The notes beneath the pieces were generated by a model. It did not search any database. It was not told where the DNA came from and saw only the letters and a program-made list of their open reading frames with translations. From Bacteroidales bacterium (GTDB lineage Bacteria > Bacteroidota > Bacteroidia > Bacteroidales > ML635J-15): a stretch of DNA of 64,000 nucleotides. Below are positions 1-7,999 of the stretch, piece after piece. How positions within the stretch are numbered: position 1 is the first letter of the stretch; the number at the start of each line of letters is the position of its first letter. The stretch lies in contig JAFZLK010000052.1 of NCBI GenBank assembly GCA_017551515.1, positions 7,864 through 71,863 of the forward strand. Direction: 5' to 3'. The translations under genes and the position numbers were made by a program.

Positions 1-1361
1 AAACAAAGCCATGGTTGTCATTCTTTGCAGATATGGATGCCTATCAGGAAGTTCAGTCTTTGAAGTGGACAAACTGGATAAGGACTGGAACATTCAGGTA
101 TCCTAACCACGACGCAGGTCAGTATGATGACGATTTGCAGGATTTCACTGGTGATGAAAACCAGAATATGGAAAAGATTTGTGGTGGAAAATGGGGACCT
201 GCTTTCTATGTCAACAATACAAAGTTTGGCTTATTGCCGAAGCAGGCTCGTACATATATGACAATAAATGACAAGCACCCGATGACTTCTGTAGATATTG
301 TTATAACAGCTGATAAGTCGAAGTGGTCGCGTTGCTGTGTTGTCGAAATGAACGAAAACGAATGGTCAACCGATGACTATGGATTCGACAAGGAGGACAC
401 AAGGGTTAACTATACAAGTTATGAAAGAGCCTTGAAGTTCGGATTGAGAAAGAGTCCGTCAGTTGACAAAGAAGGAAATCCATTGAACGATGGCACTCAC
501 GGTCTAGGTTGGTTCCCGGGTTATGCAATTGATATTACAACAGGTGAACGACTAAACATAATGTTCGGTGAAGATTCATGGATGACTGGTGAGAATGGTT
601 GCGATATGATTTGGAATCCGACTTCAGATATTATGGATATTCACAGTAATCCTATCCTCGGTGGTAAGCATTATATATATGTAATGGGTAACGAGCGTGA
701 ATCTGGTGAAGACGGTGATCCTACTGGTTCAAACGCAAATGCACCTGCTTATGATTCTTGTAAGTACATTTATGAAAAGCTGTTGAAGTACGAAGAGACT
801 GGCGCAGTTTCTCACATGAGAAATGTTTACAAGAGTGTAATGTGGTGTGCAATACCATTGCATAATGAAAAGTATGATTACCTTGCATCTGATGTTTCAA
901 TTAAAATTAGGGTTGCAACTCCGTATCATGTTGCAAAGAAGGAATTTGGAATTGCAAATCCAGAAAATGGCAATGCTCCTTTCTTCAAGTTCTCAACATC
1001 AGATATCAAGACAATTCACGATGATCAGGAAACAGCAGAGAATGCACTTGACCTTATAAGAGTTGTTCCTAATCCATACTACGGGTCGTCATACTACGAG
1101 TCGAACCAATTGGATAATAAGGTAAGAATTACCAACTTGCCAAAGACTTGTACAATCTCGATTTACAATATTAACGGTACTATGGTTAGACGGTTCGACA
1201 AGGATACCGAGACTACATTCATTGAATGGGATCTTACGAACTCTGCAAACATCGTCATCTCAAGTGGTGTATATCTGATTCATGTAAAAGCTCCCGGTAT
1301 AGGCGAGAAAGTGGTTAAGTGGTTCGGAGCACTTCGTCCAACAGATTTGAATAACTTCTAA
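1..1361 (+). CDS. Secreted protein, C-terminal part only (5' end lies left of the window), ending in a T9SS type-A / FlgD-Ig-like sorting domain
   Basis: The frame stays open back to nt 3, so the TTG at 15 in the ORF track is unlikely to be the real start. The last ~95 aa (VVPNPYYG..ISIYNINGTMVRRF..WDL..GVYLIHVKA) fit the T9SS C-terminal sorting-domain pattern. Stop at 1359-1361. Confidence 0.6.
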   Translation, partial: TKPWLSFFADMDAYQEVQSLKWTNWIRTGTFRYPNHDAGQYDDDLQDFTGDENQNMEKICGGKWGPAFYVNNTKFGLLPKQARTYMTINDKHPMTSVDIVITADKSKWSRCCVVEMNENEWSTDDYGFDKEDTRVNYTSYERALKFGLRKSPSVDKEGNPLNDGTHGLGWFPGYAIDITTGERLNIMFGEDSWMTGENGCDMIWNPTSDIMDIHSNPILGGKHYIYVMGNERESGEDGDPTGSNANAPAYDSCKYIYEKLLKYEETGAVSHMRNVYKSVMWCAIPLHNEKYDYLASDVSIKIRVATPYHVAKKEFGIANPENGNAPFFKFSTSDIKTIHDDQETAENALDLIRVVPNPYYGSSYYESNQLDNKVRITNLPKTCTISIYNINGTMVRRFDKDTETTFIEWDLTNSANIVISSGVYLIHVKAPGIGEKVVKWFGALRPTDLNNF

Positions 1362-1375
1362 AATAATAGCTCGAT

Positions 1376-2527
1376 ATGAAAAGAATATATTTGGTATCAA
1401 TATTACTAATTACGGTATTTGGATTAATTAGTACAGATTTATTTGCCGGAAACTGGCAAAGGGCTGGTCAGAGTGGTGCATCGCAACTGCTGGTCAATCC
1501 GTGGGCAAGAAGTTCGGGCTTTGGTGAAGCTAATGTGGCTTGTATAACAGGCTATGAAAGTATGCACTTGAATGTTGCAGGTCTGGCTTTCACCAAGAAG
1601 TTGGAAGTTGGTTTTAATAATTCGCAGTACCTTGTAGGTTCTGGCATACAGGTCAATGCAGCTGCATTGGCAGTAAGAGTAGGCGAGAACAGCGTACTTG
1701 GTGCAATGGTTGATGTTTTCAACTGGGGCGAGATTATTAAGACTTCTGAAGATATGCCGGAAGGCGGTTTCGGAACGTTTAAGCCGAATTATACTGTTAT
1801 AGGACTTTCGTATGCACGCGAATTCTCAAATAGTATTTTCGGTGGTATCACGGTAAAAGTGATTAACGAGCAGATTGATAACCTGAGTGCATCTGGATTC
1901 GCTATTGATGCTGGTATCCAGTACATAACAGGTTTTGGTAAGGATAAGGCCGGCAATAGAAACCGTGATAATATACATTTCGGTATAACAATGAAGAATG
2001 TTGGAACAACAATGAAGTATTCGGGCGATGGTATGTCTTTCGTTGGTGTTTCCCCGACAGGAACAAGCATGAGTGTTGAAAACAGAAGTCAGGAATTCGA
2101 GCTTCCGTCTTTGATTAAGATCGGTTTCTCATACCACATTAGATTGGCTGCTAAGATTGATGAAGATGACGAAACGGTTTATTCAAACCATAATCTTGCA
2201 ATCGCACTCAACTTTACTTCCAATTCCTTTACTAAGGACCAGTTCCATTTCGGTCTAGAATACTCGTTTATGGAATATTTGTTCATCCGTGCAGGTTATA
2301 CTTTCGAGAAGGGCTTGTATTCTGTATCTGATTGCACAACGGTATTCTCCGGACCATCTGCGGGCATAACCTTGCAGGCTCCGCTTAAGAAGAAGGAAGA
2401 AGGAGCAAAATATGGTTTGAATACTACTTCGGTAAGTACAAGACCTGTTGTTGGTGTTGATTACTCATACAGGTTTACGAACATACTTGGTGGTGTTCAC
2501 ACATTTGGTTTGCGTGTTACAATGTAA
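1376..2527 (+). CDS. PorV/PorQ-family (FadL-like) outer-membrane beta-barrel protein
   Basis: The ATG lies 14 nt after the upstream stop. It has a signal peptide (LLITVFGLISTDLFA). The motif GASQLLVNPWARSSGFGEANVA...NVAGLAF resembles the conserved N-terminal motif of the PorV/PorQ family. The sequence shows an alternating beta-strand-like pattern, and a terminator hairpin follows. Confidence 0.55.
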   Translation: MKRIYLVSILLITVFGLISTDLFAGNWQRAGQSGASQLLVNPWARSSGFGEANVACITGYESMHLNVAGLAFTKKLEVGFNNSQYLVGSGIQVNAAALAVRVGENSVLGAMVDVFNWGEIIKTSEDMPEGGFGTFKPNYTVIGLSYAREFSNSIFGGITVKVINEQIDNLSASGFAIDAGIQYITGFGKDKAGNRNRDNIHFGITMKNVGTTMKYSGDGMSFVGVSPTGTSMSVENRSQEFELPSLIKIGFSYHIRLAAKIDEDDETVYSNHNLAIALNFTSNSFTKDQFHFGLEYSFMEYLFIRAGYTFEKGLYSVSDCTTVFSGPSAGITLQAPLKKKEEGAKYGLNTTSVSTRPVVGVDYSYRFTNILGGVHTFGLRVTM

Positions 2528-2552
2528 AATGTTTTAAGTTAATACTTCTTGT

Positions 2553-2581
2553 CGGAAAGCCCATTTCAAATGGGCTTTCCG
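2553..2581 (+). terminator. Intrinsic terminator hairpin after the PorV-like gene
   Basis: CGGAAAGCCCA-tttcaaa-TGGGCTTTCCG forms a perfect 11-bp stem and is followed by an A/T-rich tract. Confidence 0.6.
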
Positions 2582-2613
2582 ATTAAAATTATTTTCCAAA
2601 GCAAAAAAATTAT

Positions 2614-2621
2614 TACCTTTG
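2614..2621 (+). promoter_or_regulatory. Bacteroidota-type -7 box (TAnnTTTG) upstream of greA
   Basis: TACCTTTG lies 66 nt upstream of the ATG at 2688. Confidence 0.4.
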
Positions 2622-2687
2622 CATTGGAAATCCCTGAGAGAAAAGGGGATTTCTTTTTGTTTGTATAACTTTAATAATTAAATAATT

Positions 2688-3161
2688 ATGTCTGATATTT
2701 CATATTTGACCGAAGAAGGTCTTAAGAAACTAAAAGATGAATTGGATAGAATGGTGAATGTTGAGAGACCTAATATCTCGAAGCAAATTGCAGAAGCCCG
2801 CGATAAAGGTGACTTGTCGGAAAATGCTGAATACGATGCAGCAAAAGAAGCTCAGGGACTTCTGGAAATGAAGATTAGTAAATTGCAGGAAACCATAAGG
2901 AATGCACGTATTATTGATCCATCGCAGATAAATACAAATGCAGTACAGATTCTTAACAAGGTGAAACTTAGAAATGTGAAGACAAATCAGGAGATGGAAT
3001 ATACTATTGTTTCGGAATCTGAGGCTGATTTGAAGGCAAAGAAAATCTCCGTTTCAACTCCTATAGCAAAGGGACTGCTTGGTAAGAAAGTGGGCGAAGT
3101 TGTTGATATACAGGTTCCAAGCGGTATGGTTTCATTCGAGATAGTTAACATTTCAATTTAA
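2688..3161 (+). CDS. greA: Transcription elongation factor GreA
   Basis: 157 aa. It has the N-terminal coiled coil (LTEEGLKKLKDEL...GDLSENAEYDAAKEAQ) and a C-terminal FKBP-like domain typical of GreA. Confidence 0.9.
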   Translation: MSDISYLTEEGLKKLKDELDRMVNVERPNISKQIAEARDKGDLSENAEYDAAKEAQGLLEMKISKLQETIRNARIIDPSQINTNAVQILNKVKLRNVKTNQEMEYTIVSESEADLKAKKISVSTPIAKGLLGKKVGEVVDIQVPSGMVSFEIVNISI

Positions 3162-3167
3162 TTGGTC

Positions 3168-3560
3168 ATGGCAACATTATTTACAAAGATTATCAATGGT
3201 GAAATCCCATGCTACAAAGTGGCAGAGGATGATAAGTTCATAGCTTTTCTTGATATTAATCCTTTGAAGAAAGGACATACGCTTGTTGTTCCAAAAGAAG
3301 AGAAAGACTATATCTTTCGCAATTCGGATGAGGTGTTGTCTGAAATCTTAATATTTGCCAAGAAGGTAGCTGCGGCATTGGAAAAAACAATAGAGTGTGA
3401 GCGCATTGGTCTAATGGTTCTTGGCTTGGAAGTTCCACATACACATATACATCTTATACCGATAAGCAAGGAGGGAGACATGTTGTTGTCGAATACTCGC
3501 GTAAAGCTTACCGATGAGGAGTATAAAAAACTAGTTGAAGATATTAGGAAGAATATGTAA
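3168..3560 (+). CDS. HIT-family (histidine triad) nucleotide hydrolase
   Basis: It carries the HTHIHLIP histidine-triad motif. The ATG at 3168 is preferred over the TTG at 3162 listed in the track. The gene directly follows greA. Confidence 0.85.
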   Translation: MATLFTKIINGEIPCYKVAEDDKFIAFLDINPLKKGHTLVVPKEEKDYIFRNSDEVLSEILIFAKKVAAALEKTIECERIGLMVLGLEVPHTHIHLIPISKEGDMLLSNTRVKLTDEEYKKLVEDIRKNM

Positions 3561-3583
3561 ATTAGGTTTATATAAACATTTGA

Positions 3584-3607
3584 GGCGGAATTCGTTCCGC
3601 CTTTTTT
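3584..3607 (+). terminator. Intrinsic terminator after the HIT gene
   Basis: GGCGGAA-ttcg-TTCCGCC is followed by TTTTTT. Confidence 0.65.
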
Positions 3608-3701
3608 ATATTCACAGCTCAAGTTTAATAAACTGCCTAAAACTTTTGCTGTGTTCTTTATTAAAAACGTTATACTCGCAGAGTAATAAAAATTTTGTAA
3701 G

Positions 3702-5054
3702 ATGAGAATACATTTCATAGCAATTGGCGGTGCTGCAATGCACAACTTGGCGATAGCGCTGCACAAAAAAGGTTACAACATAACAGGTTCAGACGATGAG
3801 ATTTTCGAGCCATCGCGCTCACGCCTCGAAGCATGCGGACTTTTGCCCAAAGACTTTGGCTGGCATCCAGAAAACATAACAAATGATATCGATATTGTAA
3901 TACTTGGAATGCACGCCCGCAAGGACAATCCCGAACTCGTCCGCGCTCAGGAACTCGGACTGAAAATTTGCTCCTACCCCGAATACCTCTACGAACAGAC
4001 AAAGTCGAAAATGCGCGTAGTAGTTGGCGGAAGCCACGGCAAGACAACCATAACTTCGATGATTATGCACGTGCTAAAAAACGCTAACCTCGGCTTCGAT
4101 TACATGGTGGGCGCAAACATCAAAGGATTTGACACTATGGTAAACCTCGAGGACAAAAACCGCGTGGCAATCTTCGAAGGCGATGAATACCTGTCGTCAC
4201 CAATTGACCTCACGCCAAAATTTCACTGGTACAAACCACATATTGCAGTGCTTACTGGCATAGCATGGGACCACATAAACGTTTTCCCGACTTTCCCGAA
4301 ATACGTCGAGCAGTTCGAGATTTTTGTAAAGTCAATTCAGTACGGTGGAAACCTTTTCTGGTTCGAAGGCGATGAAAACCTAAAGAAAATAAGTCGTGTA
4401 AACCACGACATTAAGTCGGAATCGTACGGTAAGATTGATGTTATTGAAGAAGACGGGAAATTCTGCGTTGAGCGTAACGGCAAGAAATATGTCCTTAACG
4501 TGTTTGGCGATCACAACTTCCAGAACATAAATGCAGCTTACAAAGTTTGCCAGAAACTCGGCATCAAGGATGACATTTTCTGGTCTGCAATGGAAACCTT
4601 TGAAGGTGCGGCAAAACGCTTGCAGTTGGTTAAGGAAACCGACGATTCGGCATTATACATCGACTTTGCACACGCACCTAGCAAGCTGAAAGCCACAGTA
4701 AACGCCTTGAAGCAGAAATATCCGAAACGCAAACTTATAGCCTGCATCGAACTACACACATTCAGCAGTTTGCAGAAGAATTTCATCCCACAATACAAAG
4801 GAGCAATGGACAAGGCCGACACCGCCATCGTATATTATAACCGCGAAGTATTGAAACACAAGCAATTGCCCGATATTCCCGAAGAATATGTAAAGGAATG
4901 TTTCGGCGGAAACGTAACCGTATATACCGACACCAACAAGTTGCAGGACTATCTCCGCTCCACCGACTGCTACGGCACAAACTACCTGATGATGAGCAGC
5001 GGAAACTTCAATGGAGTTGACTTCAAGAAACTTGCCGACGAAATAATAAGGTAA
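3702..5054 (+). CDS. mpl: Mur-ligase family enzyme, Mpl-like (UDP-MurNAc:tripeptide ligase / peptidoglycan recycling)
   Basis: 450 aa. The N-terminus IHFIAIGGAAMHNLAIAL and the P-loop GGSHGKTTITSM are typical of the MurC/Mpl ligase family. Confidence 0.75.
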   Translation: MRIHFIAIGGAAMHNLAIALHKKGYNITGSDDEIFEPSRSRLEACGLLPKDFGWHPENITNDIDIVILGMHARKDNPELVRAQELGLKICSYPEYLYEQTKSKMRVVVGGSHGKTTITSMIMHVLKNANLGFDYMVGANIKGFDTMVNLEDKNRVAIFEGDEYLSSPIDLTPKFHWYKPHIAVLTGIAWDHINVFPTFPKYVEQFEIFVKSIQYGGNLFWFEGDENLKKISRVNHDIKSESYGKIDVIEEDGKFCVERNGKKYVLNVFGDHNFQNINAAYKVCQKLGIKDDIFWSAMETFEGAAKRLQLVKETDDSALYIDFAHAPSKLKATVNALKQKYPKRKLIACIELHTFSSLQKNFIPQYKGAMDKADTAIVYYNREVLKHKQLPDIPEEYVKECFGGNVTVYTDTNKLQDYLRSTDCYGTNYLMMSSGNFNGVDFKKLADEIIR

Positions 5055-5070
5055 AACATGTATTTACGAT

Positions 5071-5099
5071 AAAAAAGCGGCCTTCTAAGCCGCTTTTTT
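5071..5099. terminator. Bidirectional terminator between convergent mpl-like and UDP-glucuronate decarboxylase genes
   Basis: AAAAAAGCGGC-cttctaa-GCCGCTTTTTT has an A-run and a T-run flanking a GC stem. Confidence 0.7.
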
Positions 5100-5101
5100 A
5101 T

Positions 5102-6040
5102 TTATTGCACAATCTTTCTGAAATAGTCTATCGTATTTTTCAAGCCTTCTTCAAGGTGTATTTTTGGTCGCCAACCGCCCAAAAGTTCTCCTGCTTTTGT
5201 AATATCAGGCTTGCGTTGCATCGGGTCGTCTTCAGGTAGCTCGTGGAATTCGATTTTACTCTTCGAGCCAGTAAGTGCAATCACCTTCTGTGCAAGTTCG
5301 AGAATCGTAAATTCACCCGGATTGCCAATATTCACTGGTCCAGTAACCTCATCGGGAGTATTCATCATACGAATCATACCTTCCACAAGGTCGTCAACAT
5401 ACTGGAAACTGCGTGTCTGGCTGCCGTCACCGTAAATGGTGATAGGCTTGTCCTGCAATGCTTGCACAATGAAATTTGATACCACACGGCCATCGTTTGG
5501 ATGCATGTTGGGTCCGTAGGTGTTGAAAATGCGCACAATCTTAATACGGACATTGTTTTGCTTGTGGTAGTTTACAAACAACGACTCGGCGCAACGCTTG
5601 CCTTCGTCGTAGCACGAGCGCGAGCCTATCGGATTCACCTTGCCCCAGTAGGTTTCGGGTTGAGGATGCACATCGGGGTCACCGTAAACTTCGCTGGTTG
5701 ACGCCTGCAATATCTTGGCCTTAATACGTTTCGCCAAACCGAGCATATTTATCGCACCCATAACAGACGTCTTAATGGTCTTTATCGGATTGTACTGGTA
5801 GTGGATTGGCGATGCGGGGCATGCAAGATTGTAGATTTCGTCCACTTCGATGAAGAACGGCATGGTGACATCATGGCGGATTAACTCGAAATATGGATTG
5901 TCAAGCAAATGAATTATGTTGTTTTTCGAGCCTGTGAAATAATTGTCGAGGCAAATGACTTCGTTGCCTTCGTTGAGCAAACGCTCGCACAAATGCGAAC
6001 CTATGAATCCGGCTCCACCGGTGACCAATATCTTTTTCAT
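5102..6040 (-). CDS. UDP-glucuronate decarboxylase (UDP-xylose synthase), SDR family
   Basis: [21 protein letters not shown] provides the Rossmann motif, and the YDEGKR catalytic region is present. The ATG at 6040 is preferred over the TTG at 6064. Confidence 0.85.
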   Translation of the reverse strand: MKKILVTGGAGFIGSHLCERLLNEGNEVICLDNYFTGSKNNIIHLLDNPYFELIRHDVTMPFFIEVDEIYNLACPASPIHYQYNPIKTIKTSVMGAINMLGLAKRIKAKILQASTSEVYGDPDVHPQPETYWGKVNPIGSRSCYDEGKRCAESLFVNYHKQNNVRIKIVRIFNTYGPNMHPNDGRVVSNFIVQALQDKPITIYGDGSQTRSFQYVDDLVEGMIRMMNTPDEVTGPVNIGNPGEFTILELAQKVIALTGSKSKIEFHELPEDDPMQRKPDITKAGELLGGWRPKIHLEEGLKNTIDYFRKIVQ

Positions 6041-6061
6041 GCAGTATTGTTTTTCGAATTG

Positions 6062-6069
6062 CAAAGGTA
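6062..6069 (-). promoter_or_regulatory. -7 box (TACCTTTG on minus strand) for the decarboxylase gene
   Basis: caaaggta on the plus strand lies 21 nt upstream of the ATG at 6040. Confidence 0.45.
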
Positions 6070-6345
6070 AGAATTTTTTTGTTTCTAGGTTTCTACGGCT
6101 TCGCCGTTTCTAAGTTTAACTTCGTTGAGGGCTTCGCCGTTCAAGTTGTTTTTGGCTGTTTGATGGTTCCTTTTTTTGAGCATAGCGAAAAAACATTCGT
6201 GAAATTCGTGTTATTGGCTACACCGAGCTAAAGGTTCGTGGTTATTCCGCTGTTCGAACCTGTGAGAACATTTTTGCATCTTGTCGGGAAATCGTCTATC
6301 GTAAATCCCAATTCGTAAATAAAATTGTATTTTTGCAAAAATTTT
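6070..6345. repeat. Mosaic intergenic repeat block (GTTTC heptads plus shared 25- and 28-nt modules plus TCGTAAAT units)
   Basis: GTTTCTAGGTTTCTACGGCTTCGCCGTTTCTAAGTTT is present. The stretch 6116-6143 is the reverse complement of 63058-63085 (27/28 identical). The stretch 6213-6237 matches 50024-50048 (24/25). Confidence 0.75.
6328..6335 (+). promoter_or_regulatory. -7 box (TATTTTTG) upstream of tsaB
   Basis: It lies 14 nt upstream of the ATG at 6350. Confidence 0.45.
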
Positions 6346-6349
6346 TCGC

Positions 6350-7048
6350 ATGGCACGAATTCTCAACATAGAAACCTCGACCGACTATTGCTCGGTATCA
6401 ATATCTAACGACGGCAAATGCACCAACATTCGTCTGATGCAACCCGACAACACCCGTAAGGCTGCTCATTCCGAAAAGCTTGCCGTATTCGTAAAAGAAG
6501 TCCTTGATGAAGCCACACTGAAAGTCTCTGATTTGGACGCTGTAGCATTGAGCGGTGGACCAGGATCTTATACAGGTCTGCGCATTGGTGCAAGCACAAG
6601 CAAAGGTCTTTGCTTCGGCGGCGATATTCCTTTGATTTCTGTAAACACTCTTTTGGTAATCGCTGCTATGGCAAAAGCCAAACACAATGCCGACTACGAT
6701 TTGATTGTCCCGATGATTGACGCACGCCGAATGGAAGTATATACCATGCTTACCAATGAAAAACTCGAAAAACTGTCGGAAGTGGATGCAAAAATCATTG
6801 ATACGGAATCATTTTCGGAACACAAAGGCAAAAAGTTGCTTTTCTGCGGAAACGGAGCCCCAAAATGCAAAGATGTTCTTGCTCACGAAGGCTTCACTTT
6901 CATCGACGACATTTATCCATCGGCAGAATTTATGGGCGAACTTTCTGAAACCGCCTTCCGCGCAGGCGAATTTGAGGATTTGGTATATTACGAACCATTC
7001 TATCTAAAGGAATTCATTGCCACAACATCAAAAAAATCACTGTTCTAA
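6350..7048 (+). CDS. tsaB: tRNA t6A37 threonylcarbamoyl-transfer complex protein TsaB (YeaZ)
   Basis: ILNIETST...SVSI at the N-terminus and GPGSYTGLRIG are typical of TsaB. Confidence 0.85.
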   Translation: MARILNIETSTDYCSVSISNDGKCTNIRLMQPDNTRKAAHSEKLAVFVKEVLDEATLKVSDLDAVALSGGPGSYTGLRIGASTSKGLCFGGDIPLISVNTLLVIAAMAKAKHNADYDLIVPMIDARRMEVYTMLTNEKLEKLSEVDAKIIDTESFSEHKGKKLLFCGNGAPKCKDVLAHEGFTFIDDIYPSAEFMGELSETAFRAGEFEDLVYYEPFYLKEFIATTSKKSLF

Positions 7049-7060
7049 AAACTATACATT

Positions 7061-7969
7061 ATGCCATACAGAGCAAAAAAGAACTACAAGCGCTTCGAAA
7101 AGCCCAAAGTTACTAACTTGGAAGTCACCGAACCCGACGATCTCATCAACTTTTTGATGAAAAAATTTCCCGACCGCAGTCACAACAAAGTTAAGTCGTG
7201 GTTGCGTAACAAAACAGTGGAACTCAATGGCGCCGTTGTAACTTTGTACAACCAGAAGCTCATCCCTGGCGACAAGATTTCGATTCACTGGAAGCGAATT
7301 GCATCGGGACGCGACCTGAAAGGTATAACGATAGTTTACGAGGACAGCGACATAATTGTCATAAACAAGCCTGCAGGAATGCTATCGGTTGCTACAGCCA
7401 AGAGCAACGAAACCGCATACAGCATACTTAGCAAGCACATCAAGGAGCAGAATCCCAACAACCGCATCTTCATCGTCCATCGCCTAGACCGCGAAACTTC
7501 GGGACTGATGATGTTCGCCAAGAGCGAAGAGGTACAGGCTCTGTTGCAGGAAGATTGGAAAACCAACATCTACGACCGCCGTTATATTGCCGTAACTTCG
7601 GGCAACGAACCTATAGGCGACGGAGTTTATGAGTCGTACCTTGCACAAAACAAGGCATACGTCGTCTATTCGACCAAAGACCGCGAAAACGGACAGTTGG
7701 CGGTAACTCACTACAAAACTTTGAAAACCAAAGGACGCTATTCGCTTATGGAAATCAATCTTGAAACTGGTCGCAAAAACCAGATTCGCGTGCACATGAG
7801 CGACCTCGGACAACCAATTATTGGTGACAAGAAATATGGTTCAAGGGAAAACTTGTTCAATCGCATTGGCCTGCACGCTTGGATTCTCGGATTCACGCAT
7901 CCTCGCACTCACGAACAAATGCATTTCGAAAGCAATATACCAAACGAATTCTTAAGAGTATTTGAATAA
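7061..7969 (+). CDS. RluA-family 23S rRNA pseudouridine synthase with N-terminal S4 domain
   Basis: It has the catalytic motif HRLDRETSGLMMFAKS and the KNQIRVHM region. Confidence 0.85.
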   Translation: MPYRAKKNYKRFEKPKVTNLEVTEPDDLINFLMKKFPDRSHNKVKSWLRNKTVELNGAVVTLYNQKLIPGDKISIHWKRIASGRDLKGITIVYEDSDIIVINKPAGMLSVATAKSNETAYSILSKHIKEQNPNNRIFIVHRLDRETSGLMMFAKSEEVQALLQEDWKTNIYDRRYIAVTSGNEPIGDGVYESYLAQNKAYVVYSTKDRENGQLAVTHYKTLKTKGRYSLMEINLETGRKNQIRVHMSDLGQPIIGDKKYGSRENLFNRIGLHAWILGFTHPRTHEQMHFESNIPNEFLRVFE

Positions 7970-7970
7970 A

Positions 7971-7995
7971 AAAGCCCCTCAGTTAGAGAGGCTTT
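7971..7995. terminator. Hairpin between convergent genes
   Basis: AAAGCCCCTC-agtta-GAGAGGCTTT forms a 10-bp stem with 1 mismatch. Confidence 0.5.
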
Positions 7996-7999
7996 CCAT

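Noticed and set aside
1-1361. Left-edge ORF as the C-terminal half of canonical PorU (which would make 1-2527 the canonical porU-porV pair)
   Set aside because: The visible 450 aa show none of the sequence expected just after a C25 catalytic Cys. The C25 protein in this window has GAIGFMSSMDQG there, for example. The identity of the ORF is left open.
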